A stretch of DNA of 64,000 bases, taken from the IMG/VR virus record IMGVR_UViG_3300032321_001536; one strand, 5' to 3'. Below are positions 47,474 through 55,328 of the stretch, piece after piece (the stretch's first letter is position 1; every line of letters begins with the position of its first letter). The notes beneath the pieces are model-generated. The model searched no databases, was not told the DNA's origin, and worked only from the letters and a program-made list of their open reading frames with translations. This DNA is from a virus. The position numbers and the translations under genes are program-made.

Positions 47474-48642
47474 GAAACTTAATTATAACACTTTTAGTAA
47501 TTTTCAATATCTTTGCAATAGACGCTCAACCATTTACTTACTCTGGTTGGGTAAAGGGAGCAAATGAACAAGGACTTTCTAATGTTCCCGTAACTCTTTG
47601 GGGTAGGAGAACTGATCCATATGATATCACTTATCCAGCTTACTCAACTGCTGCTTCTTACACAACAGGAACTGTTATACCATCATCGGATGATGTAACA
47701 CACGGTCCATTTAATATAGGATTTACTTTTAATTTCTTTGGTAATAACTACACACAGTTTTATGTAGGATCAAACGGTTGGATTGGATTTAGTCCAGGAC
47801 AAACTACCGGATATGTAGCTCAGTATATTCCAAATGCTTCTTCTCCTATGAATACTATATTAGCAGACTGGGAAGATCTTTTTCCGGGAGCATCAAATAT
47901 AAGATACACAACTATCGGAGTAGCACCTAATAGACAATTAGTAGTTTCTTTTAACGCTGTTCCACACTATGGATGTAACACAAATTTACACACTTTTCAA
48001 TTTGTTCTAAAAGAAACATCTGGTATAATTGATATTAACTATCAATCTAAACCTCAATGTGGTGCTAACAATGCTACTGCTGGTTTAGTTAACTCTAATA
48101 ATACTAATGTCGTTCCAGTTGGTGGTAAAAACGCTTCTCAATGGAATGTCACAAATTATTCTGTTAGATTTACACCATCGGCGGCTGAAACAACATTTTC
48201 TTTAAAAGGAACTTATTTGACAAACGCATCTGGTTATTTTACAATGGTTCCTAATTTAGATGCTCAATCTTATCAATTTGAAGTTAGATTGGAAAGTTTG
48301 ACAATGCCAAATTTTACACCAACTGAAACAAACTATCCAAATCAATTAAGTCATTCTGGAACAACTTTAAATTCAAAGTTATTTTATCAAATGGATATTA
48401 ATAATGATGGTAGAGTCAATGTAGCAGATTCTTGGTGTATTTATGGTAAAGCATCAGGTGTATTTCCTACTTGGTTAAATTCACCAAATTATAGAATATT
48501 TAACCAAACTCAATGGAATGTTATTAAGGTTGGAACAACTAATCTTAAATCAACATACCCAGGTGTTCAATCAATGATAATAACGCCAGTCAATGGTGGG
48601 TCAACTACATTCTATTTAGTTAGAACTGGATTCACAAATTAA
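47470..48642 (+). CDS. secreted protein with dockerin-type calcium-binding loop
   Basis: signal ...FAIDAQ; DINNDGRVNVADSWCIYGKASGVFPTWLN mirrors DVNADNNLTISDAWGVFGRISGRFAVWPN in 41814 gene. Confidence 0.55.
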   Translation: MRNLIITLLVIFNIFAIDAQPFTYSGWVKGANEQGLSNVPVTLWGRRTDPYDITYPAYSTAASYTTGTVIPSSDDVTHGPFNIGFTFNFFGNNYTQFYVGSNGWIGFSPGQTTGYVAQYIPNASSPMNTILADWEDLFPGASNIRYTTIGVAPNRQLVVSFNAVPHYGCNTNLHTFQFVLKETSGIIDINYQSKPQCGANNATAGLVNSNNTNVVPVGGKNASQWNVTNYSVRFTPSAAETTFSLKGTYLTNASGYFTMVPNLDAQSYQFEVRLESLTMPNFTPTETNYPNQLSHSGTTLNSKLFYQMDINNDGRVNVADSWCIYGKASGVFPTWLNSPNYRIFNQTQWNVIKVGTTNLKSTYPGVQSMIITPVNGGSTTFYLVRTGFTN

Positions 48643-48659
48643 AAAATAAAACAACCACT

Positions 48660-49112
48660 ATGAAAACACTTTTAATTTCAATTTTAATCTTCTTACCAAC
48701 ATTATTATTTGGCCAAAATTGCGTAACTGTGGATTCAGTTTACTCTACTTGTAAAGCAAAAGAAATAAATAGAAGAGATATTAGATTCGGTCTAAAGCAA
48801 ATAGCAGAAGATGAACTATCTAACAAATATTGTTTATCAGATGACGGTGATGATATAGATTTAGAAGTTTACTATTTCGGAACTCCTAAAACCACAATTA
48901 GAATATTGGGTGTTGAGAAAACAGATATGAAAACTCAAGTCGGTGTCAAAATGTATTATAAAGGTGTGACTTATGAAAGTATTGGTGAGTCAGAAGTAGA
49001 AGTAAGAGCAGTTATGATAGAACTTGTCGAAGGTTCAATTCCATTTAATCAAACAGTTCTTTCTTCGGCTATAAAAAAGGCTATCATCGAATGTATTTCA
49101 AAAATGCCATAA
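48660..49112 (+). CDS. small secreted protein (150 aa)
   Basis: signal peptide MKTLLISILIFLPTLLFGQ. Confidence 0.45.
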   Translation: MKTLLISILIFLPTLLFGQNCVTVDSVYSTCKAKEINRRDIRFGLKQIAEDELSNKYCLSDDGDDIDLEVYYFGTPKTTIRILGVEKTDMKTQVGVKMYYKGVTYESIGESEVEVRAVMIELVEGSIPFNQTVLSSAIKKAIIECISKMP

Positions 49113-49549
49113 TTTTTGTTTTTCTACTGTTAACAACTAATTTATTCTCACAAATATTGGTTGATGATGTTGGTGATGGTTGGAAATCTCAAGTTGACTC
49201 TGCTCTTTTATTAATTAAAAAAACCAGTCCAGAACATTGGACTGAAGTAGAAAATTATTGCACTCACATCACATTTTGGTTAGGTAATTTTTCTACAACA
49301 ACAGATTCATCAACAGTTATGATATCAACAAAAGATATTAGATTGAATTCAATTAATAATTTAGCTTGTATAATTATACACGAAACTCACCATCTTTACA
49401 TACTGAATAAAGGTATTAAATTGACTGAACCTAAAGAAGAGTTAGAATGTTATTTATATGAACTAAAATTTGTAAATAAGTTAAAAGACTGTGAATTTTG
49501 GTTAAAAGCACATGTAATTAAGTGTATAAATCACTATTCTGAAGAATAA
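49091..49549 (+). CDS. small secreted HExxH zinc-metallopeptidase-like protein
   Basis: signal ...NLFSQ; IIHETHHLYIL (HExxH). Confidence 0.5.
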   Translation: MYFKNAIIFVFLLLTTNLFSQILVDDVGDGWKSQVDSALLLIKKTSPEHWTEVENYCTHITFWLGNFSTTTDSSTVMISTKDIRLNSINNLACIIIHETHHLYILNKGIKLTEPKEELECYLYELKFVNKLKDCEFWLKAHVIKCINHYSEE

Positions 49550-50266
49550 TTACTTCCAGTAACCTTGGTCAGAAGTAAAGTAGTCTTTGTTATTCTTATT
49601 AAAGAATGATGATAACATTAGTTGTAACATATACCAGACACCTTTGTTTTCAAATCTTCTAGGCGGTGTATAAACAATGTTATTGATTCTTCCGAACTTT
49701 TTTGGCTTTATCTGTTTTGAAAACATATAGTCTTCTGCTACTTTTATTTCTTCATCAAAACCACCAATCACTTTAAAAGTTTCTGATCTAACTAACATAT
49801 AACCACCTAAACAGAATGGAGTCGACCACTTTGAAAGCATTTGAATAAAATCAAAAACTTTATAAACATAATTATATCTACCGTTGTCTGATCGAAACTT
49901 AACAGTAACTAAATCTAAATTATATTTTTTAATCTTAAGTATTGATCTTAAAAGAACCTTAGGATCTAATAAGAAAACATCAGCATCCATAAAAAGAACA
50001 TAAGGAGTTTTTACTAATTTAAAACCATTGTTTCTAGCAACTGATGGCAGACCACCGTCCATTAGATATAAATCAAAATAATCTGAATTCATTTCTAATC
50101 TATTAATTAAGTCTGGTTTTGTAACACCATCATTTGATGCGTCACAAACTATAACTTTTACTCTCCAAATATCTTTCTGATAATTCAGTAAGTCTAAAGT
50201 TTTTAAAATGATTTCTTTTTCATTTTTACAAGGTATTACTATAGTAACAAGTTCTTCTAATTTCAT
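49550..50266 (-). CDS. glycosyltransferase family 2
   Basis: VTIVIPCKNE, DAD motif (FMDADVF). Confidence 0.7.
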   Translation of the reverse strand: MKLEELVTIVIPCKNEKEIILKTLDLLNYQKDIWRVKVIVCDASNDGVTKPDLINRLEMNSDYFDLYLMDGGLPSVARNNGFKLVKTPYVLFMDADVFLLDPKVLLRSILKIKKYNLDLVTVKFRSDNGRYNYVYKVFDFIQMLSKWSTPFCLGGYMLVRSETFKVIGGFDEEIKVAEDYMFSKQIKPKKFGRINNIVYTPPRRFENKGVWYMLQLMLSSFFNKNNKDYFTSDQGYWK

Positions 50267-50285
50267 ACTCTTATTTATTAGATTA

Positions 50286-50969
50286 CTAATCTAAATATTT
50301 TCTTAAAATATCTAAATTAGGGTGTTTTTTGAGTTTTGCCTCTGCTTTTTTTACAATTTGTCTTGCTCTTTCATTAGAAACATTAAGATGTTTAGCAACA
50401 TCATCCATTGGCCAAGCATATTCATATCCAAAGCCATAAAATTTAGTAATAGAATCATACTCAATTTCAGTAAGTGAATTAAGTATCATTTTTAACTCAA
50501 TCATTAAATCAGATTTATCAAAACGGTCAACATCATTTGATGTGATGTCGTGTTCTAAACCATGACAACTGAAATCTTCATCACTTGAGTTTGGAATTCT
50601 AACAGTTGTTGATAACTCATTTAAAGATGCTGTAATTTCAGCCTTAACATACCAAATAGCAAATGTGATAAATTTAAATCCTCTATCTGGATCGAACTTC
50701 TTTACTGCTTTATATAAACCTAAGTTTCCAAAAGAAATTAAGTCTTCAAATGTTAATCCTAAATTCTGATATTTCTTAGCAATATGAACAACAAATCTAA
50801 GATTGTGTTTAACTAACTTTGTAATGGATTCTTCATCACCACTCTTAATTCTTTGACAAATCTCAAATTCTTGTTCTTTAGTAAGAACCGGTATATTTTT
50901 AATCTCATTAATGTATTTGATTATAGATTCAACTTCTGTTACAATTATACCTTTGTTTAAACTTATCAT
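50286..50969 (-). CDS. sigma-70 family RNA polymerase sigma factor (regions 1.2, 2, 4)
   Basis: IKYINEIKNIPVLTKEQEFEICQRIKSGDE; HNLRFVVHIAKKYQNLGLTFEDLISFGNLGLYKAVKKFDPDRGFKFITFAIWYVK; C-terminal HTH; ATG 50969 preferred over TTG 50996. Confidence 0.8.
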   Translation of the reverse strand: MISLNKGIIVTEVESIIKYINEIKNIPVLTKEQEFEICQRIKSGDEESITKLVKHNLRFVVHIAKKYQNLGLTFEDLISFGNLGLYKAVKKFDPDRGFKFITFAIWYVKAEITASLNELSTTVRIPNSSDEDFSCHGLEHDITSNDVDRFDKSDLMIELKMILNSLTEIEYDSITKFYGFGYEYAWPMDDVAKHLNVSNERARQIVKKAEAKLKKHPNLDILRKYLD

Positions 50970-50973
50970 TTGT

Positions 50974-51183
50974 TTATTTACCTCCGAACTTTGCAATATC
51001 CTTATATTTACTCTTTATACTATTAATAGTTTTCATAGCTTCAGAATACTTTTCTTTAATCTCATCATTAACACTGAAATCTAAAATAACACCACAACCA
51101 GGACAAACACACATAGGATTTTTAATAATAAATTGTAAATCTAAACCTAAGTTTGTTTTACAAGAAGGACAAGGCATTGGCAT
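50974..51183 (-). CDS. small zinc-ribbon protein (CPSC...CVCPGC), candidate sigma-factor partner
   Basis: two CxxC pairs; 4 nt upstream of sigma gene. Confidence 0.5.
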   Translation of the reverse strand: MPMPCPSCKTNLGLDLQFIIKNPMCVCPGCGVILDFSVNDEIKEKYSEAMKTINSIKSKYKDIAKFGGK

Positions 51184-51186
51184 ATA

Positions 51187-51681
51187 TTAGATTTTATTTG
51201 TTGATGTTTCTTCTAATCTTTGAATATATGAATCAATTAATCTTGATATCATTTCAGGTTTTGTATCTGATTTAAACTTGACTTTGATTTTTGCCATACC
51301 GGAACCATCTTCAGATTTACCCGAATCAACTTCAATTGATTTGATATTGTGATGGTCGTCTTTACTGACTTTACCGTCTTTATTTTTGAATATACCCAAT
51401 AAACTTCTTTTAAGATCTGATGCTTTACTATCACCAAAAACAAGTCTTGCTTCAAATTCAATATCTAATTCATCTAATCCAATTGATGAGTGGTCAGCTA
51501 AAATAAATAACGGAACTTGCATGTCTTTATCACCTATTTTAAATATTTGAGTTTTAGGTGTTCCGTCAGCATTAAAGTAGTTAACGATGTTACTGATATG
51601 TTGTCTTTCAGAGATTCTTTGAGCAACCATTCCGGCTTCTAAAAGACCACTAACAAGTTCTTCTACATTTAATTTTGACAT
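51187..51681 (-). CDS. hypothetical protein, paralog of 51778..52380
   Basis: shared N-terminal pattern EELVSGLLEAGMVAQ / EDLIVSPLVGMAKGQ and VPL...DIEFE. Confidence 0.5.
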   Translation of the reverse strand: MSKLNVEELVSGLLEAGMVAQRISERQHISNIVNYFNADGTPKTQIFKIGDKDMQVPLFILADHSSIGLDELDIEFEARLVFGDSKASDLKRSLLGIFKNKDGKVSKDDHHNIKSIEVDSGKSEDGSGMAKIKVKFKSDTKPEMISRLIDSYIQRLEETSTNKI

Positions 51682-51730
51682 TATTTATCTTTTATCTTTT
51701 TAATTATAATGAAAACCAGACTAAAGTTTA

Positions 51731-51760
51731 AAAAAAAAGGAGACCGAAGTCTCCTTTTTT
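51731..51760. terminator. bidirectional terminator (ggagac cgaa gtctcc, A8 upstream, T6 downstream)
   Basis: 6-bp GC stem with tetraloop. Confidence 0.7.
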
Positions 51761-51777
51761 AAATTATTACTTTATTA

Positions 51778-52380
51778 TTACTTACTTTGTGGATCTTCAG
51801 TTAATGGAATTAAAGACGGCTCTAACATTTGTGTTAAATAGTCAGATAATCTCAACATACCTTCAGTAGCTGGTAATTGTTCAGCGTGAACTTTTACATT
51901 ATACTTAGCAGAATTGTCAGTTGATCTTGTATTCTCTTTGTGAGTAGCAACTTTACCTGCCATAGAAACAGAATATTTCATACCCCAGAATCCACCAGAA
52001 GCAGAAGCTTGAAAAGAACCTTCTGTATCTGTAGAAGATTTATCAACTTCAGAAGTTTTAACTTCCATTGTAAACTCGATATCAGCAGATGTGATAGCCA
52101 ATGAAGGAAGTGGAACTAAAGGTAACATAGGAACTTGAGTATAAATCTTTTGTAAAGTTTGTTTACCATCCGTTGGATCAGTCATAACTCTGTTCATCTC
52201 TACATCTAAAGAGCGAGCGCTTGTCTTACCTGTTTTTTCGTCTTTTACAAATGCTACTTCAGAGATATATCTCCAAGTTACATCATTAAGTTGTGCTTGT
52301 CCTTTTGCCATTCCAACTAAAGGAGAAACTATTAGGTCTTCAATTGGAAGCCCAGAAAATTGTGATGTGATATCAGCCAT
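51778..52380 (-). CDS. hypothetical protein (200 aa), paralog of 51187..51681; strongly terminated
   Basis: see paralog; terminator directly after stop. Confidence 0.5.
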   Translation of the reverse strand: MADITSQFSGLPIEDLIVSPLVGMAKGQAQLNDVTWRYISEVAFVKDEKTGKTSARSLDVEMNRVMTDPTDGKQTLQKIYTQVPMLPLVPLPSLAITSADIEFTMEVKTSEVDKSSTDTEGSFQASASGGFWGMKYSVSMAGKVATHKENTRSTDNSAKYNVKVHAEQLPATEGMLRLSDYLTQMLEPSLIPLTEDPQSK

Positions 52381-52526
52381 ATTAATAATTTATTTTTTTA
52401 TTATATATCTGAGTTCCAATATCAAAAAAATGTTATTTTTAGTCAAATTTCGATACATCCTTTACCCAGCAAGGCTGAATTTATTTTCAAAAATTTTAAT
52501 GATTTGTTATTTTTATATATAAAACT

Positions 52527-52979
52527 ATGAAATGGATTAAATCATACAAACTATTTGAAAATTCAGAATTCGAAACCGAAAAATTCATTGAAGAAATACT
52601 TTTTGATATTACCGATAATGATATTCCAATTGATATATCTTGTTTCGAAGACAAGAAATCAGGAGTTTGGATAGATAGATGTTTAATTCTTATTGGCGAT
52701 GAAGATAATCCAATAGCAAAAGATATACCTCTACACCTTTATATAGATAATCTAATAAGTCTAAATAATTATATGACAGAAGACGAAGGTTGGGAACTAA
52801 GAAATATAGCTTGTTGGATTAAACCAGCTAATGTTCCAACCACAGGAGTAAGACCAATTACCGCTAGAACCTTCAATGTATTTTTAGAAAAGATAGAAGA
52901 AGTTAAAACATGGAATGAAAAACACCCACCAATCGAATGGAAAACATTTAAACTGGTAGATATCTGTTATGAGAAATAA
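52527..52979 (+). CDS. hypothetical protein (150 aa)
   Basis: ORF. Confidence 0.5.
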   Translation: MKWIKSYKLFENSEFETEKFIEEILFDITDNDIPIDISCFEDKKSGVWIDRCLILIGDEDNPIAKDIPLHLYIDNLISLNNYMTEDEGWELRNIACWIKPANVPTTGVRPITARTFNVFLEKIEEVKTWNEKHPPIEWKTFKLVDICYEK

Positions 52980-53036
52980 ATAATCTCATTTGAAAATATA
53001 AAGCTTAGACCTTTTTTTCATTTATAACCACCAAAG

Positions 53037-53288
53037 TTATAAATTCTTTTGTAATGAATCAAGAAACTCATTGAAGTCTACTTTATATGGCGGTCTTCCA
53101 TCAATATCACAACAAGTATTGTAATAATTTCTGATTTTGTCAATTACTTCCTTCATTTTAGTTTCTTTAGTTGTTTCTTGCCAATCATTAAGCCCATCCA
53201 TTAATGTGTTGTCCCATAATTTCATTTCGTCGTCTTCCATATAAAAATCTCCATCGGGTCCTGCGTAAGGTATTTTGTTTTCGCTCAT
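53037..53288 (-). CDS. hypothetical protein (83 aa)
   Basis: ORF. Confidence 0.45.
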   Translation of the reverse strand: MSENKIPYAGPDGDFYMEDDEMKLWDNTLMDGLNDWQETTKETKMKEVIDKIRNYYNTCCDIDGRPPYKVDFNEFLDSLQKNL

Positions 53289-53297
53289 AATATTTAG

Positions 53298-53573
53298 TTA
53301 GTCAAAGTAAAATTCTGAATCCTCATTTGTGATTTTATCACGAACTACATCTTTTTGAATTAACTCATGATATAAAGAATCAGAATATTCATCATTAGAT
53401 TTCATATCACCTGAATTACATTGTATATAATCTTGAATTTCTTCCCCATTCATACCTTCCAATTCTGGATAATCTTCAATGTTTAATTCAATCGATTCAC
53501 GAACTATCCAAGTAGAGTAAGATTCTGTAATTCCAACTGAAATTGTTTTTGGTGTTGTTTTTTGTTCAGCCAT
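53298..53573 (-). CDS. hypothetical acidic protein (91 aa)
   Basis: ORF. Confidence 0.45.
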   Translation of the reverse strand: MAEQKTTPKTISVGITESYSTWIVRESIELNIEDYPELEGMNGEEIQDYIQCNSGDMKSNDEYSDSLYHELIQKDVVRDKITNEDSEFYFD

Positions 53574-53654
53574 CTATTTTTATTTAATTATTATATTATT
53601 AATATGTTTATAGTTTAATATATATAGCTAAGTGGATAAAAATTAAACTAAGCT

Positions 53655-54194
53655 ATGGAAAAAGAATTATTAGAAAGTTATTTAACTGAGGGACATTCCC
53701 TAAATCAAATCTCAAAAATTACAGGCAAATCATTAACTAGTATCAGATATTGGAAAGATAAGTATTCTTTGAAATCATCTTTCACATCAATTAAATATAA
53801 AGTTATCGAAGATTATGGTGAATACAGGTTTTGTCCAAGATGCAAAACGGATGTTAAAACTGACCAATTTTATAAAAGAAGGGGTAAAGATAACAGCTCG
53901 GTATATTGTAAAAGTTGCACATCAAACCAGACTTTAGAGAGAGTGAGAAGTCTTAAATTACAGATGATTGAATATAAAGGTGGATGCTGCGTAAGATGTG
54001 GATATGATAAATATCAAGGAGCATTGGAGTTTCATCATATTAACCCAAAGGAAAAGGATTTTAATCCATCACGATTAAAGAGTTATTCTTTTGATGATAG
54101 AGTAAAGTCTGAGTTAGATAAATGTATTTTAGTATGTGCTAATTGTCATCGAGAAGTTCATAATGAATTAAAACAAAAAGAGACCCAAATATGA
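53655..54194 (+). CDS. free-standing HNH endonuclease (homing-endonuclease-like)
   Basis: C-terminal ...CILVCANCHREVHNE (HNH core) with upstream Cys pairs (CPRC, CKSC). Confidence 0.75.
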   Translation: MEKELLESYLTEGHSLNQISKITGKSLTSIRYWKDKYSLKSSFTSIKYKVIEDYGEYRFCPRCKTDVKTDQFYKRRGKDNSSVYCKSCTSNQTLERVRSLKLQMIEYKGGCCVRCGYDKYQGALEFHHINPKEKDFNPSRLKSYSFDDRVKSELDKCILVCANCHREVHNELKQKETQI

Positions 54195-54207
54195 GTCTCT
54201 TTTTTTT
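54179..54207 (+). terminator. terminator overlapping HNH stop (agagac...gtctct + T7)
   Basis: 6-bp stem, 10-nt loop, T-run. Confidence 0.6.
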
Positions 54208-54208
54208 G

Positions 54209-54282
54209 TGATCCGGCCAGGATTCAAACCTGGGGCCTATTCATTAGAAGTGAATTGCTCTATTCAGCTGAGCTACCGGACC
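54209..54282 (-). tRNA. tRNA-Arg (anticodon TCT)
   Basis: manual fold: acceptor GGTCCGG/CCGGATC, D-stem GCTC/GAGC, anticodon stem ATTCA/TGAAT with loop CTTCTAA, T-arm CCAGG TTTGAAT CCTGG; CCA not encoded. Confidence 0.8.
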
Positions 54283-54318
54283 CTTTATTTATAAGGCTTT
54301 CCGAAGATTACCTTTTTG

Positions 54319-54402
54319 TAGTCGAGGCGGGAGTCGAACCCGCACGGGCAAATGCCCACAGGATTTTAAGTCCGGCGTGTCTACCTATTCCACCACTCGA
54401 CC
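54319..54402 (-). tRNA. tRNA-Leu (anticodon TAA), type II with long variable arm
   Basis: acceptor GGTCGAG/CTCGACT, T-arm GCGGG TTCGACT CCCGC, variable stem GGGCA/TGCCC, anticodon loop CTTAAAA; one C-U mismatch in anticodon stem. Confidence 0.6.
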
Positions 54403-54457
54403 TTATAGATCCATTATATTGTATGTATTAACTTAATGAAGTTGTGAAACAAAGATA

Positions 54458-55039
54458 CTAAATTCTCACTAAACTATCTAAATTTTTTCCAATTATTTTA
54501 TAAATTGGTTTTCTTCCGTGTGGTTCAATCTTTCCAATTGGTGGTTCAACCACTTGAACTCCTAATTCACCAAACTTCAAATAGTAATCTCTTACTTGTT
54601 TTTCGGTTTTATTTGACACACCGCCCCATCCCCAAGAACCTTGAACTACATAGAATTTTGAGTTAGGGAATTTTAATTTACATTCAGTTACCAGTTCAGA
54701 TATCTTATCAGATTTATTAAAACCACCATTAGTTCCAACAACGATTGCTACACCGGTAACTGTAGTATCACCGGGGTAAACTTTAACAGCTTCTAACAAC
54801 CAACCTAAGGTCTTTCCACCTAACCAAAGAGAACTTTGACCACCGACAGTTGAAATCAAATTGAAGTCGGCACTTCCCCAATCGACAAATGGTGATTGAG
54901 AGTCACCGATGATGATGTTTTTTTGAGGCAAAACTTTTTTAACTTCTTTTTTAACTTCACTTTTTTTAACTTCAACTAATTTACTATCGTGAGTTGGTGA
55001 ATAAAAAAGCAGTGATATTAAAAGTGTTACTATTCTCAT
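54458..55039 (-). CDS. secreted SGNH/GDSL-family hydrolase
   Basis: signal peptide MRIVTLLISLLF (start at ATG 55039), IIIGDSQSPF (GDS block), VVGTNGG. Confidence 0.6.
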   Translation of the reverse strand: MRIVTLLISLLFYSPTHDSKLVEVKKSEVKKEVKKVLPQKNIIIGDSQSPFVDWGSADFNLISTVGGQSSLWLGGKTLGWLLEAVKVYPGDTTVTGVAIVVGTNGGFNKSDKISELVTECKLKFPNSKFYVVQGSWGWGGVSNKTEKQVRDYYLKFGELGVQVVEPPIGKIEPHGRKPIYKIIGKNLDSLVRI

Positions 55040-55164
55040 AGGAAGAAAATTGATGTTACGGCAATTACAGCAAAAAGAATTAGGCAATAAAATACAACTT
55101 TTGCTGAGTATTCATATTGGTCTTTACGGCGACCTTGCCAGTCATTAGGATTCCAATTTTCCAT
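55036..55164 (-). CDS. unannotated 42-aa membrane micro-protein (MENWNPNDWQGRRKDQYEYSAKVVFYCLILFAVIAVTSIFFL)
   Basis: ATG 2 nt after PspC-like stop, TGA overlapping SGNH start (ATGA); C-terminal TM helix; below ORF-track size cut-off. Confidence 0.35.
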   Translation of the reverse strand: MENWNPNDWQGRRKDQYEYSAKVVFYCLILFAVIAVTSIFFL

Positions 55165-55166
55165 AA

Positions 55167-55328
55167 TTAAAATTCTTCTTCAATAAATACCCACATTAAA
55201 AGGTAAATCCAAAATCCACCACCTAATATTAAAAATAATATTCTAAACAACCACGGATTAATTCCGGTGGCTTTACCAATGCCACCACAGACACCAGCGA
55301 TTACTTTATCAGTTCTACTTCTTTTCAT
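55167..55328 (-). CDS. unannotated 53-aa PspC-domain membrane protein
   Basis: MKRSRTDKVIAGVCGGIGKATGINPWLFRILFLILGGGFWIYLLMWVFIEEEF matches PspC domain (DK-x-I-x-GVCGG...). Confidence 0.6.
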   Translation of the reverse strand: MKRSRTDKVIAGVCGGIGKATGINPWLFRILFLILGGGFWIYLLMWVFIEEEF

